55,947 nt of DNA from Chara braunii (taxonomy: Eukaryota; Plantae; Charophyceae). Where the stretch lies: assembly GCA_003427395.1 (NCBI GenBank), contig BFEA01000014.1, forward strand, positions 2,070,314-2,126,260, read 5' to 3'. This document shows positions 23,276 through 35,100 of this stretch, piece after piece. A program made the translations under genes and the position numbers. Position 1 is the stretch's first letter. Each line of letters starts with the position of its first letter. The notes beneath the pieces were generated by a model that was not told where the DNA came from, did not search any database, and saw nothing but the letters and a program-made list of their open reading frames with translations.

Positions 23276-25057
23276 CTAATCTGTCCATTTTGTAAACATC
23301 AAAGCTGCGAAACCAGACCCAAAAAAATTGACTTCTTCAGGTAAGTGGGTATCAACCTCATGGAGCAGAACCGCGGTCCATGTGGCACAGAGCGAAGTAG
23401 AGGTAACCGTCTCGTTCTGCGGGTTGGCAAACTCTGTCCACGAGATCCAACGCGCCCTCGGCATATTCAGATCCGCATGTGAATGTTCGCTGACACGAAC
23501 TTCCAAAAACAGGAATATCGTGGACACTTCCTGTCGCTGGGCAGTTGCTTGGGCAGCTGAATCCATGGAATCTCTGGCCATTTTCTCATTCTGTAGGACG
23601 GACCCAACCATTTACCCACTTCCACCATCGCATCGTCAAACGCAGGCTCTCGTGAAAATGCTATATGAGGGAGGACATCAGCTCATGATGCTGACCTTTC
23701 CCCAAGGGCGTATCCTGTTTAGTGGCAGTCAAAAGTTTCAAATCCCCCTCAGTCCATGTCAGGATGACCGGGAAAACAATGTAAGGTGGGACACCGTCCC
23801 CTTCTCTATTTGCTAAAGCCGTCCCGACAGGGAGAGGTTGCGGGTAGTCTTGCCCTCTCAGAGAAGTTCCCACACTCCCAAGCCTGGATTGCGATGCCAC
23901 AGACGTAGCGCCGGGGTGTACAAGTGCCTGAGGCGATTGCGTCGAAGCAGACTGGAGACCTTGCTGAGATACTGGCTCTTCCATCGGTCGACGACCGTGC
24001 AATCGTTGTGATTCCCCAGACCTGGCATAAGGAGCTGCAGACTCTGACCGCGTGCCTCTCTGCTGAACTGCCTTCATCAGGGCTCTCTGCTCTGTTCTTC
24101 TTGGGCGAGAGGCTGGTGACATATAATCATCCCGCAGGGGCTGAGCCAAATCTGACGAAGGGAATAAAAGCCCAGGTTCTCCCATGCCCACATTCTCAGG
24201 GGCTGCTGCTTCTCCCGCGACCCCTTTTGAAGGATTTCGTCCCATCTCACTGGGTCTGCATTCTGCAGGCATCTTCCATCCACCGAGGGGTGACCATACC
24301 AACGGTGAACTTCACACCAAGGGGTGTCCTGAGTGACCACGTCCAGATCCAGATGGCCGAACTGAGAAAAAACCCGAATAATAGGCGTTATCTTGTGCCT
24401 AGCGGATAGAGGTAAGTCATAACGCCGGTTGACTAAACGCGGTTCGCTTTTCCGTTTCTCCAGAGGATGCGCCCTCAAATCCTTGCCAAACTGCTGCTCC
24501 ACTGCAAACTGCAAAGAAGACAAGGCAAGATAAGGCACCTTCAAGACCCTGATCCAGTATCATCCTTCCTGTGCCTCTGGCGACTTCTGAGTACCTCAGC
24601 AGGCGTCAGCCACGGTCGGAAACGCACCGGATATTCCTTCCCTCGCCACACTATTTTTGCGTCACTAACCTCATTTATCAGCCAATCCCTAAGCCTCTGG
24701 GTAGGTGCTAAATAGGAAATCAGGGAAGCCCCCTCTGGCTTGACTCTCCCCAGTCTGTTGTTCGTCAACTGTTCATCCCATGCACCCTCCGATCCACGAA
24801 TCCAATTCTCTTTCTCTTGAAACGTCATTTCAGGGCCACACAAGGCAAACAGCACCATAACGTTGTGTCTTTTTAAGAAATCAACATGGAAATCCTCGTA
24901 AGGCTTGTGAAGATACACTTCCAGGACATTATCTTTGATTGCAGAAGACACATGCCACCGCAGGATTTTCCTGTCCAGTCAAAAAACACTGAGCTATCAT
25001 GTCTCTAATTTCTCTCTCGTCAGCAGATGAGATAGCTCTCTGCTGTGAAGTAGCCAT
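23276..25057 (-). pseudogene. LINE ORF1 (fragmented)
   Basis: Consecutive minus-strand ORF pieces upstream of ORF2; knuckle-like CEVHRWYGHPSVDGRC. Confidence 0.7.
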
Positions 25058-25779
25058 GGCTGTAATCATCAACTGACCACTCCCTTCAAACACGCCTGAC
25101 GGTCGTCAAAAGTCCACCTACCTCAAAAGAACCTCAAACGAACCGTACGTGGCACTAGAACCTTGCGTTCTTGGTTCAAGGACAAACCCTAGGTAGCACT
25201 AGTACCTTCCCCTCTCGGGAACACCCCCCCAGCATCTTCCAGCTGCAAAAAGCTGTTCAAAGTCGTCACCAGAAGGGTAAAGAATGCAAGATGCTTAACT
25301 ACAAGACAGAGTCGGGACAAACCCCAACAATCTATGGCCAGCAAATATAGGCAAAAAGAAAAAGCCAGGCATGCGTGTGCGAGGAGAAAGAAGAAAGCAG
25401 TTATGTATAGCACGCCTGCAACCCAAACCACCAAGCCAAATAGCCACCAAAGGAGTTTCAGCACTCTATCACAGCAGCAGATAAGATCCCAAGGCAGCCA
25501 CACCCATCTCCTCCACACCCAGGGATCACGGATGAGAAGGGAAACCAAAATAAAGAGCGGAAGACAAAGTACAAACTCCACCCACATCAGCGTCATCAGA
25601 AAACAACAAAAGGTCGAAGCGGTCACCAAAGAAGAGGGATGTTCCTCAGCTTGCAATCCAGGCCGTTTCTAGGCTTGAACGAAAAAACTCACTGGCGAAG
25701 CAGAAAATCCGATCAATATAAATGGGCGGACCTATCGACTGACAACAATGGGCGGACCTATCGACTGACAACAAGCTTT

Positions 25780-26593
25780 TCTACTCAGACCTGTTATGGA
25801 GTCATCATACAGGCAATAGCTAACATCCATACAATGCTAAATGTCTCTTCTCTGTCGGCTAGTGTAGTCCCTACTCAGCCATTTTTGTTGTTCCTGGCAG
25901 AAGGGTCTATATCTCTCCAGACAGAAGTTGAAACCCCGGTTTCAGTTTTTCTAAGCGGACTTTGGATAAGCTGTTTACTCCATGTCCTTTTTTTTCTCTG
26001 GGATAGTGGATATATCTCTGTGCGTTGCTCACAAGGCTAGCGGGTCACTTCAAACAGGCAACCGTAGGGTTGAGAGGCCTGCGAGCTGGTTTCACAGAGT
26101 TTTTGACATTGTTAATGGTAAAGTCCCGATTTTAAGTCAACTAGCCTAGCCTCGGCGGCCCTGCAGTTGGAATGGCCCGTGGTTAGGGCCGGAGTGTAGA
26201 CTGATTCTTGGTCAGATCCTTCAGAGGAAACTCGATCAAGAGATTTTTGGTAGGTCGCAAATAGACTACCAAGTTTCATATCCGGGTTAAGCTCCCGGAT
26301 GTGAAATGTCTATAGGGTCATGGATAGAAAGACAGACTTTCCCTCTGTCTCTGTTGATAATTTTTAGCCGCTCATGTTTGGATCCTCCTTTCAGATTTGA
26401 CCAGTCTGTTGACAGGAGCATGGGACTCTGGACCCGGTTTCCAGATAGCCTCTCTGAGGCCGTTTTCTCCTCTCCGGGTTGAGATGTGGAGGGATTCCCG
26501 GCCTCCTTTTATTGGAATAATATAACTATGTTTTTCACACACACACACACACACAAAAAAAAAAAAAAATAAAAAAAAAAAAAATAAAAAAAA
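25780..26593 (+). mobile_element. 3' portion of a retroposon ending in (CA)n-poly(A)
   Basis: A-rich tail at 26537-26593; conserved 3' motif at 26422-26499 shared with other tailed copies; 5' boundary uncertain. Confidence 0.5.
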
Positions 26594-26945
26594 ATCCGAT
26601 CAACGAGAGGACACAGCCAACAAAGCGACAAGTCGGCTCACTACCCTATTCGTAGACCACAGCAGTCCGACGAGCATTCCAAACGCAACTCCTCGTCAGA
26701 ACGCACGTCAACCCAACCGTGCAGATATGCCGGCTTTGCAGGCTTAACCAGGCAAAAACCAAGCGCCCCAACACTGAGGCAACAACGATCCTCCGCCGAT
26801 TTCTCCCCCAAATTACAAATCGAACGTTCAGTTTTTTTTTGTTTTTTTTTTTTCAGTTTATTTTATTATATTGTTATTTATTTATTTACTTTCATCTTTG
26901 GTTGGTAGTACGCATCTATCTCATCCTCTCACTAGTCTATAGTAC

Positions 26946-27288
26946 GGGAGCATGGTCCCAATGGCAACGGGGATTGGATTAAGATCCTGAATCTGGACGT
27001 GTTTTAGGAAGAATTGCAGAAAAGGAGTTCAATTTTTTGCACTTGTCCGCAAACTCAGCCAGATTCAGGCGTTCTTTGCTAGTGGGACCTCGCCCCGGGG
27101 GAACACCAACTAACCCCCGGCCGTGGTCCCACTAGCAAAGAGGATCGGATAGAAATCCTGAATCTGGCCATGTTGTTTGCAGAGATACAGAAAAGCAGTT
27201 CGATCTCGATTTCCTGCTCCTGTCCTCGAACACGTCCACATTCAGGCATTCAATCCAATGCTCTCTTGCCAATGGGACCACGGCCCCG
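26946..27288. repeat. ~340-bp nested palindrome (head-to-head fold-back elements)
   Basis: Outer arms TGGTCCCAATGGCAA...CCTGAATCTGGACGTG / CACGTCCACATTCAGG...TTGCCAATGGGACCA; inner CTTTGCTAGTGGGACC / GGTCCCACTAGCAAAG; related single copy at ~10145-10275. Confidence 0.8.
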
Positions 27289-27374
27289 GGGTCATGTCCC
27301 ACTTCTCGAGGTTTTGTTCTGGTCTCGAGTGTACATGGCTTCTTGCCATCCGATCTGAAAATCTCACGGCCCTA

Positions 27375-27479
27375 CAGTCTTCCCCCAAACATAACGCACC
27401 TTGATAATGAATGTATACAGTCTATCTTTCCGTCACGATGCAGTCAAAATGATGGTGCGTTGTGTTCGCGGGAAGACGG
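27375..27479. mobile_element. 105-bp TA-flanked MITE of the 1166-2001 family
   Basis: TA-CAGTCTTCCCCCAAACATAACGCACC ... GGTGCGTTGTGTTCGCGGGAAGACGG-TA. Confidence 0.8.
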
Positions 27480-27970
27480 TAGTGTGATCGCGTTGGAAAA
27501 TACACGTAACATAAACTAAACACCCGCTAGTGGGTCACTTACATTTCGCGTAGCATTCAGACCCATGGGCTGGATATGGTGCAGGATCGCTGTACTCTAT
27601 TTCTTGCGGGATTCGAACTCATCATCTCTTTCCTAACAGTTTACGTGTGCATATCATTCAGTCCCATCCACTGACAACTTGGCGGTGTCTACTGGAAACT
27701 CAAGAACAGAGTGAAACGTGCGGGCGGGTTGATCCCTCGACTTGTGGCTTCGCACCTGTGTGTCAGCCCACACTCTGGCGCAACGCCGCGAACTCGTCAT
27801 CCGGTTTCGGCTCCTGATGTGGAGCTTCTGATAAACACGTGGCCGTGTGTGATGCTTTTCGTTCCTCCCTTTTTTACACAGACGTCTGCTCAGAGCACGT
27901 GCACCTTCCGTTCTTTGGGTACACAAGGGGGCGACAGGAGGGGTTGGCCCTGTTCACACACAAAAGTGTA

Positions 27971-28075
27971 GCTGGGTAGCTGAGCTGGTACGGCGCACCC
28001 GCCTATCCCACTTGGTAAGGCCCAAAAGTTCCAGTCGACCTGTCTACCAGGAGGTCGGGGGCTCAACTCCGTTCC
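27971..28075 (+). mobile_element. Degenerate tRNA-like SINE head
   Basis: TAGCTGAGCTGG A box; GTCGAC...CAGGAGGTCG...GGCTCAACTCC resembles the SINE head at 975-1046. Confidence 0.45.
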
Positions 28076-31000
28076 TGACGGTTCCTGTCACCTTCAAATA
28101 GCTTGTTCCCCACCCGAGGTCAGCATAAGCCACCTGCTGGTTTTTTTTTTTTTTTTTTTTTTTTTTGAGAAGTTGCCGCTTTATATATTCAAAAATCGAT
28201 AATGGTTGAGGGCGGGGAGCTCGCAATTCTACCCGGTGCATGCTGAAAAACCTTCGCTGGAAACCGGGTCCAGCGTCCCAAGGCAACTCCGCCTCATCCA
28301 GATAGAAACTTCTCAAAATTGTCATGAAGCACAGTAAAAAGGTGACTGAACTGAAAATGACAGTAAGCTCTCAAATCCTTCAGCTTATACTAGTCTTAAG
28401 ATAAGACTGATACCACGCTCGGGCGTGGGGGCACAGCCAGGACGACGGCGGACCGGTGACCAGCCCACGACGCGCCATTCCCGTCTTTATGAGAGGAATA
28501 GAATCCCCCCGCGCTCCCAGCCCCAGCCCTACCACCTCCGAAGCCACCCCTAGATGCCACCGACTGAGACCCTCCCCCTGTCCCGCTCTTGCCTCCACCA
28601 CCTGTCGGGTGCCCACTGTCACTTACATTCCCTTTCCCGCCGCTACTGCCCACCTCCCCACCACCCCCGCCGCCCTGTGTGCCTCCTCCCCACAAAGACC
28701 CTCCCTCTCACAGCCCGCCGTACACATACCCGGCCGCACGTGCGCCCGAGGCCAAATGCAGACACTGCCGCTCCGAGTTCCGCCAGCAGGTGCAGCCGGC
28801 TGCTCCTCAGCGCAGCGCAGACCCGATTCAAAAAAGCCTGAAACGCACCGCACACCTGTCCGCCTACACAGGTACTAAGATACACACAATACAAAAACAA
28901 AAACAAAAAAACGACCATCTTTCGGGTCATGTGTCCGGGGCCTAGCAACAACAAACGACCCCAACATTTCTGAATTACGTCCGGGCTGTCGATCTCCCTA
29001 TTCAACGCACGGTCAGATAACCATTTCCCGACTTTCCTATACGGGACCCGACACTACTACTGGTCGGTCTCCAGCGACCACGCGTCCTCCGCAGTGACCG
29101 CCGCCGTGTTACCTCACGGAACGACCGGTCCGTCTCGTGTCGGCGACTGCAACGGCCTGTATACCCACTTACACCTGTTTTTTAAAGCCTAGTTGCAAGA
29201 TCTCCACCCGACAACATTGTGAATGCAGCTGGACAACGTAGCCGTCTCGCTGCATCCGAAAAGGTCGACGACGTTCCCCAAACGGAAACGCAGCCGCTAA
29301 ACGACAAAACGCAACCCCGTATACGCAGCCATTACCTGTATACGCAGCCATTCCTGGCTGCGAACTTGAAATACAACCAGCGGGGACAAAAAAAAAGGGG
29401 ACCAAGTGTGAAAACAGGACAAGGAAAAGGAGGGGACGGGCGGCGGCAGCGAGTTAGCGCTAACTTTAGCGCATGTGCTAATCTTAGCGCTAATTCGGAG
29501 TTTCTGGTGGTGCTAACCGTAATTAGCGCCGACCGTGGTGGATTGCTGAACTATTCTCCGGAATACGCTGTTGACCGAGCGGCGGCTTGACACATTCTAT
29601 TGGCTGGTAACACTCGCACCATCGCTTAGGTGGTGATTCCACTTGTGAGTAACGAGTGGTTGAGTGTCCTATCCCCAGTGCCACTTCTCTAACCGTGCTT
29701 CCTTTGCTGCATATCCTTTCATACCTGACATAACTCTGGATGAAGACGTGCGAATCTCCTGGCAATGTACAACAGATCTTCTTCTCAATTTGAGCCTGGC
29801 AGTCGTGACGACGTCGGGCTTCAGAAGCAACCCTGGGCTGACGACTACGATTGAACCAAAGAGCAATTCAGGAAGCCTTCAGTGTGGGCAGCAGCGCTTG
29901 CGGAAGCAGTGGGAGAGTTTGCAATGGCGGTGGGAGTGCTGCCAACTCTACCTAAGGCATGACGTGCTATGGAGCCTATGAAGTTGACGTGCATGGTACT
30001 AGGCTTGCTTGGTCGATGTCGTAATAGAGTCCTGGCCGCTAGTCATTACTCTAGATTTTTTTTCCCGCCTTACACTCTGTTCTTGGCCATACTGGTGGTT
30101 CTAATTATTTTCTTTTTTACCTAGTTCAGTTTGTCCTTCATTTTTCTATCTTGAAAGCTTTGTACTCGACTGCAGTCTCGGTTTTCATTCATCCATTCTC
30201 TTGTGTCCCGCAATCTCTGCTCCTGGTCACACTTGTGCCTATCTTGAATACAAAAATGGGAGAGCGGTGTATACGCCAGTGCAATGGCTAGGAAAAGCAT
30301 GTTCACAAAGCTACTTCAATCCAGAAATAAGCCTTAATATACTGCCAACAATAGTTACCTTTTGAAACTATTATTTCTCATAGGAATTTTCCGTTGCTTT
30401 TGGTGTGTCTGTCGTGCCTAAGGCTAGCTTTATCCATTTTTCTCACGGATGTGCCTGGGAGGAATTGAGGCTAACTTCATCTACCATATTCACATAACTA
30501 AGACGGTTGATAAGTGTCGTGAGCACCAACGACTCGGGTAGAGATATTATGGTTGACAAGGTTTGATCCCGCGCGTTTTTCAAACCTCTACCTGTTTGTA
30601 ACCTAAGCACTTTTACACGGTATTTTCGTAATTAGGTTTGGGTTCTTTCTTCTTGCATCCTGCTTTGCATTTCGAGTCCCTCTCAATGGTTTTTCTCTCT
30701 ATTCGCTTGAATGATACAAGTAGATGGATAGCGTGCCTCTTGGATGGTTCCTACTATGCGCACTAGCATACTCCATATACTTTGATATAGGAATTTAACG
30801 AGATTGGTTGTTTATTGATTTTCTTTCCTTTTTCTTTCCCATTTTGTTGTTCAGAAGGGACTTGGGGCAGCCCTCTCATCAACCAATTGCCATATTAGCA
30901 CTTTGTTTCATTCACTGATTTATTTCGCTTGTGGTTTGTCGGTCCTAAGGTTTTTGGAAGACACTTTCTTTGTCTTCCACCCGTGACTTAGCATCTACAG

Positions 31001-31255
31001 GCAGCGACACTACGGAGGCAGTGTGCAATGAGTGCTACCGCTAATGGTGGGAGCACTATTAGCTTGTAGGTAACAGAAGAAGGGTTCGGAAGCAAACTCG
31101 AACTGTACCCATGGTGATCCTTATTCATTGACTGTTGTTCTCATTCAGGATCAAAGGGTGCGTGGTGGGAAACCCATCTAGGCAGTTCAGGTGGAATTCC
31201 ATTTCACATTAAACAGTGTTTTTCGAGAGGTACTTGATTACTAAATAATACACTA

Positions 31256-31779
31256 CAACAAAAAAATTCCCTTGAGAAATGAAAGTTGAAAAAACATTCC
31301 ATAGAAAAAAAAATCCTTCATATTTATAAATTATCATTCCAATGTTTGTCCAATTTTTAAAATTTCCAATTCAATTTGATAAGTTCACGTCTAATTATGA
31401 GTTTTCCCTTCCAACTACATTTATTTGTTCAAGATGGAATGAAAGTCTGTACGAGTTTATGAAATGTTTTAATTAGATTTACATTCTACTACAACAAATA
31501 TCGTCTAATTTAGATTGGATTAACTTATTTCTGACTAGAAATCCTTATTTAGAATGGCAGTCCAATAAAAATATCTCATGAACTCATCCAGACTTTCATT
31601 CCATTTCTAGCATGCAGTTCAAATAAGAAGGGATACCCCATTTTTGGAAGGAAAGTTTTCAAGTAAGACGAAAAATTTTAAAATTGGAATGACATTTTTT
31701 AAGATGGAATGAAAATTTGAAATTTAGAATGTAATTTTACTCTAGAATGATTATTTAATTCTGGGAATTTTTTCTGTTG
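31256..31779. mobile_element. AT-rich ~525-bp MITE with TA target duplication (copy 1)
   Basis: TIRs CAACAAAAAAATTCCC / GGGAATTTTTTCTGTTG; colinear with 47706-48231. Confidence 0.88.
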
Positions 31780-32759
31780 TAGGTTGGCTTAGGCCTTTTG
31801 GTGATTAATTTTGGTGTTATAGTTTTGCTGGGCGGATAAAGTTTTTGTGTTTTTCCATTTTCTTTTTTTGGAAAACATTTTCCCCGTCTTCCACTCATGA
31901 AGATTATGGTCTTATAAGGTAATACTGTGTCTACAGGCAGCGACACTACGGAGGCAGTGTGAGTGCAGTCGTCAGTGGTGGGAGCGCTATCAGCTTGTAG
32001 ATAGCATAAGAATGGTTAGGAAGCAAACTTGGACTATATCCATGAGGATTCTTATTCGTTGGATGTTGTTTTATTCAGGATAGAAGGATGCGTGGTGGGG
32101 AACCCTTCTAGGCAGTTCAAGCTTCCTAGACTTTGGCCAAAGTGGGATTTGCGATGGGACGTTGGACCCGGTTTCCAGCAAAAACCGAAGTTGGGTAATG
32201 CCCCTGGTACTTACCGGGTAGAATTGTGAGGTCCCCATCCTCGAATGGAATTTCATTGCATAATAAACTGTGTTTTTCCAAAACCAACGCGACAGTTATC
32301 CCTAACTCTGCCCGGAGAGCAGCCAATCTATAAAAAACAAGTTGTTTTCTTCCGTTACCTTCAAAACTTTAATTCTAGGGCCTCGGGGCTTGACGCCGAG
32401 CCAAGGGGGTGATAGGCCGATGCCAAGGTCACACGGCCAACTGAGCGTGCAGGGCCGTGAGTTGGCAGAGCCGGCAGGGCTAAGACAGCCTATGGGCAGG
32501 CAACGCTTGCAAGGCCGCGGAACGGGGGACATTGGCTGGGCCAAACTCTTCTTATAGGAGAGTTGCTCCTATTACTGTCGTGATAGGAGCTAAGCCCAGT
32601 AGGTTACCACACCAAACTCTCACCCGGCAGATGTGGGGATCGAATCTATACATGACTTCGGGTCGGCTCCTTTTGGAGCAGTCCAGGCGGTCGGGCGCGG
32701 CTGATTTCGACCGCATGATCATCAGGATCGCACGGCTGTAATCAGCCGCGCGGAATCCT

Positions 32760-32800
32760 GCATGGTCCCTGCGTGAGGATGACATACATAAATCAAGAAA
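32760..32800 (+). pseudogene. U6: U6 snRNA 3' fragment followed by poly(A)
   Basis: GCATGGTCCCTGCGTGAGGATGACATACATAAATCAAGAAA versus U6 GCATGGCCCCTGCGCAAGGATGACACGCATAAATCGAGAAA: 6 transitions in 41 nt. Confidence 0.82.
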
Positions 32801-33710
32801 AAAAAAAAAANNNNNNNNNNNNNNNNNNNNNNNNNNNNNNNNNNNNNNNNNNNNNNNNNNNNNNNNNNNNNNNNNNNNNNNNNNNNNNNNNNNNNNNNNN
32901 NNNNNNNNNNNNNNNNNNNNNNNNNNNNNNNNNNNNNNNNNNNNNNNNNNNNNNNNNNNNNNNNNNNNNNNNNNNNNNNNNNNNNNNNNNNNNNNNNNNN
33001 NNNNNNNNNNNNNNNNNNNNNNNNNNNNNNNNNNNNNNNNNNNNNNNNNNNNNNNNNNNNNNNNNNNNNNNNNNNNNNNNNNNNNNNNNNNNNNNNNNNN
33101 NNNNNNNNNNNNNNNNNNNNNNNNNNNNNNNNNNNNNNNNNNNNNNNNNNNNNNNNNNNNNNNNNNNNNNNNNNNNNNNNNNNNNNNNNNNNNNNNNNNN
33201 NNNNNNNNNNNNNNNNNNNNNNNNNNNNNNNNNNNNNNNNNNNNNNNNNNNNNNNNNNNNNNNNNNNNNNNNNNNNNNNNNNNNNNNNNNNNNNNNNNNN
33301 NNNNNNNNNNNNNNNNNNNNNNNNNNNNNNNNNNNNNNNNNNNNNNNNNNNNNNNNNNNNNNNNNNNNNNNNNNNNNNNNNNNNNNNNNNNNNNNNNNNN
33401 NNNNNNNNNNNNNNNNNNNNNNNNNNNNNNNNNNNNNNNNNNNNNNNNNNNNNNNNNNNNNNNNNNNNNNNNNNNNNNNNNNNNNNNNNNNNNNNNNNNN
33501 NNNNNNNNNNNNNNNNNNNNNNNNNNNNNNNNNNNNNNNNNNNNNNNNNNNNNNNNNNNNNNNNNNNNNNNNNNNNNNNNNNNNNNNNNNNNNNNNNNNN
33601 NNNNNNNNNNNNNNNNNNNNNNNNNNNNNNNNNNNNNNNNNNNNNNNNNNNNNNNNNNNNNNNNNNNNNNNNNNNNGATGTACAGCTGGCGCACTCGGCC
33701 GGAGCGGCGA

Positions 33711-33740
33711 CTGTCTCTTATACACATCTAGATGTGTATA

Positions 33741-33745
<5 letters not shown>
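33711..33745. other. Nextera mate-pair junction adapter (back-to-back Tn5 mosaic ends); assembly artefact
   Basis: CTGTCTCTTATACACATCT followed by AGATGTGTATAAGAGA, next to a gap. Confidence 0.97.
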
Positions 33746-33802
<57 letters not shown>

Positions 33803-34744
33803 AAGGTCCCCCGCCTTGTGGCTGAAGACCGGTCTGCGCCCGTTCAGTTGAGCAACAAGCTGCAAAATGGCGCCGTATCTGGCGCCATAGGAGGAACAGG
33901 TGCAGACGCAGGGCAGGGGGCAGGAAGAGCCCCTTTGAGCTTAACTCTAGTTCGACTCTGTGAGATGACTTGGGGAGGGGCGGCCATTCGTTTCAAACAG
34001 CAAGCTGCCCGTGTATAGAAAAACGAGGGGGTAGCAGCCACGTACGTGGCCGCGGGAGTGGAGTAGATACAGGGTGGAGATTAGAAAGAGAAGAGGAAAA
34101 AAAAAAGGGTCGCGAATCTAATCGCGACGCAGGTCCAGATGCAGGGGGTAGAAGCTTCTGGACCCTTAGTTGACAGCATACTGTTGGATTTCAACAGTTT
34201 GCTTTACTTGACTCTATACAGCCATTTGGGGCTGCGTCTGGCCGGGGGAGGCAGCCAGATGCATTACCAAGGCCGGGAACTTGGTTCCCTTAGGGGAACA
34301 TCAAGTTTTCCAACCCCTGATCTCATCTGAGATCAAGGGCCAGGCCTCACTCCGAGTTTTGGCTGAGGGCAGGGCAGCTGCCCTCAGCCTTCAGCCAGCT
34401 ATAAAACAAGCCAGCAGCCAACCAGCCAACGTTCATTTGTGGCTGGTGCTGCTGGCATTACGCTTAGTAAATGCTGGCTGCTGGAGGAGAAACTGCTGGT
34501 GGAGTGAGAGGGAGCTGAGTGGAGGCCTGCAAGAGAGAAAAGGGGAGAAATGTTGGAGGTGGCCATCGCTGTGGAACACAGCCATAGCCGCCATCTCAGC
34601 AAGGTGAGGAAAGAGAGAGAAGCGTTGGAGGTCTGTAGGGAGCATGAGAGTGGGGGCAGCCATAGCTGCCACTGCACTTGGCGGAGCGCAGGGGAGGTTC
34701 TGTTCGCTCGGCATGGAGACAGTCGTGGGTTTACCAACAGTAGT

Positions 34745-35100
34745 GCGGAAGCGCTGCCGAAATTTTGCAGCAGCGGCTGTTCTTTTTTTGCGGTAACGCG
34801 GAAGCACTGCCGAAATTTTGCGGCAGCGGCTGTTCTTTTTTGGCGGTAACCCGGAAGCTCTGTCGAAATTTTGTGGCGGCACTTGTACTTTTTTGTGGTG
34901 ACGTGGAAGCGCTGCCGAAATTTTGCGGCGACACCGGTACTTTTTGGTGGTGACTCGGAAGCGCTGCCGAAATTTTGCGGCGGCACCTATACTTTTTAAG
35001 GGTGACGCGGAAGCGCTGTCGAACGTTTGCAGCGGCAACTGTTTTTTTTTAGCGGTGATGCGGAAGCGCTGCCAAGATCTTGCGGCAGCAGCAGTGTTTC
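34745..35100. repeat. ~53-bp minisatellite, about 7 copies
   Basis: GCGGAAGCGCTGCCGAAATTTTGCGGC...TTTTTTG units starting at 34745, 34798, 34851 and onward. Confidence 0.9.

Larger units (their letters stand above)
18941..25070 (-). mobile_element. L1/Tx1-like LINE, near full length and decayed; 5' UTR may extend to ~25750; 3' end lost in the gap
   Basis: ORF1 (~25060-23276, frameshifted) followed by ORF2 with APE, RT and a C-terminal Cys/His region. Confidence 0.93.

Noticed and set aside
26178-26190. Pistol ribozyme (CGTGGTTAGGGCC matches the 5' part of a known pistol)
   Set aside because: No pairing partner or downstream conserved pistol motifs; the match is explained by a GGCCC/GGGCC hairpin.
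26432-26495. Twister ribozyme (CCGG...CCGG...GTGGAGGG resemblance)
   Set aside because: Lacks the UAA cleavage loop, the P2 partner and the UCCCAAGC-type loop.
28240-28275. Minimal Penelope-type hammerhead (CTGAAAA...GAAACCGGGTC)
   Set aside because: Core is not CUGANGA, stem I is poor, and sibling copies lack CUGA.
33711-33745. Genuine Tn5/IS50 insertion or horizontal transfer
   Set aside because: It is the synthetic mosaic-end junction adapter with a mate-pair signature and no transposase.
34745-35100. CRISPR array (also considered for 1-140 and 17540-17973)
   Set aside because: Units are degenerate tandem copies without unique spacers, in a eukaryotic context with no cas genes.
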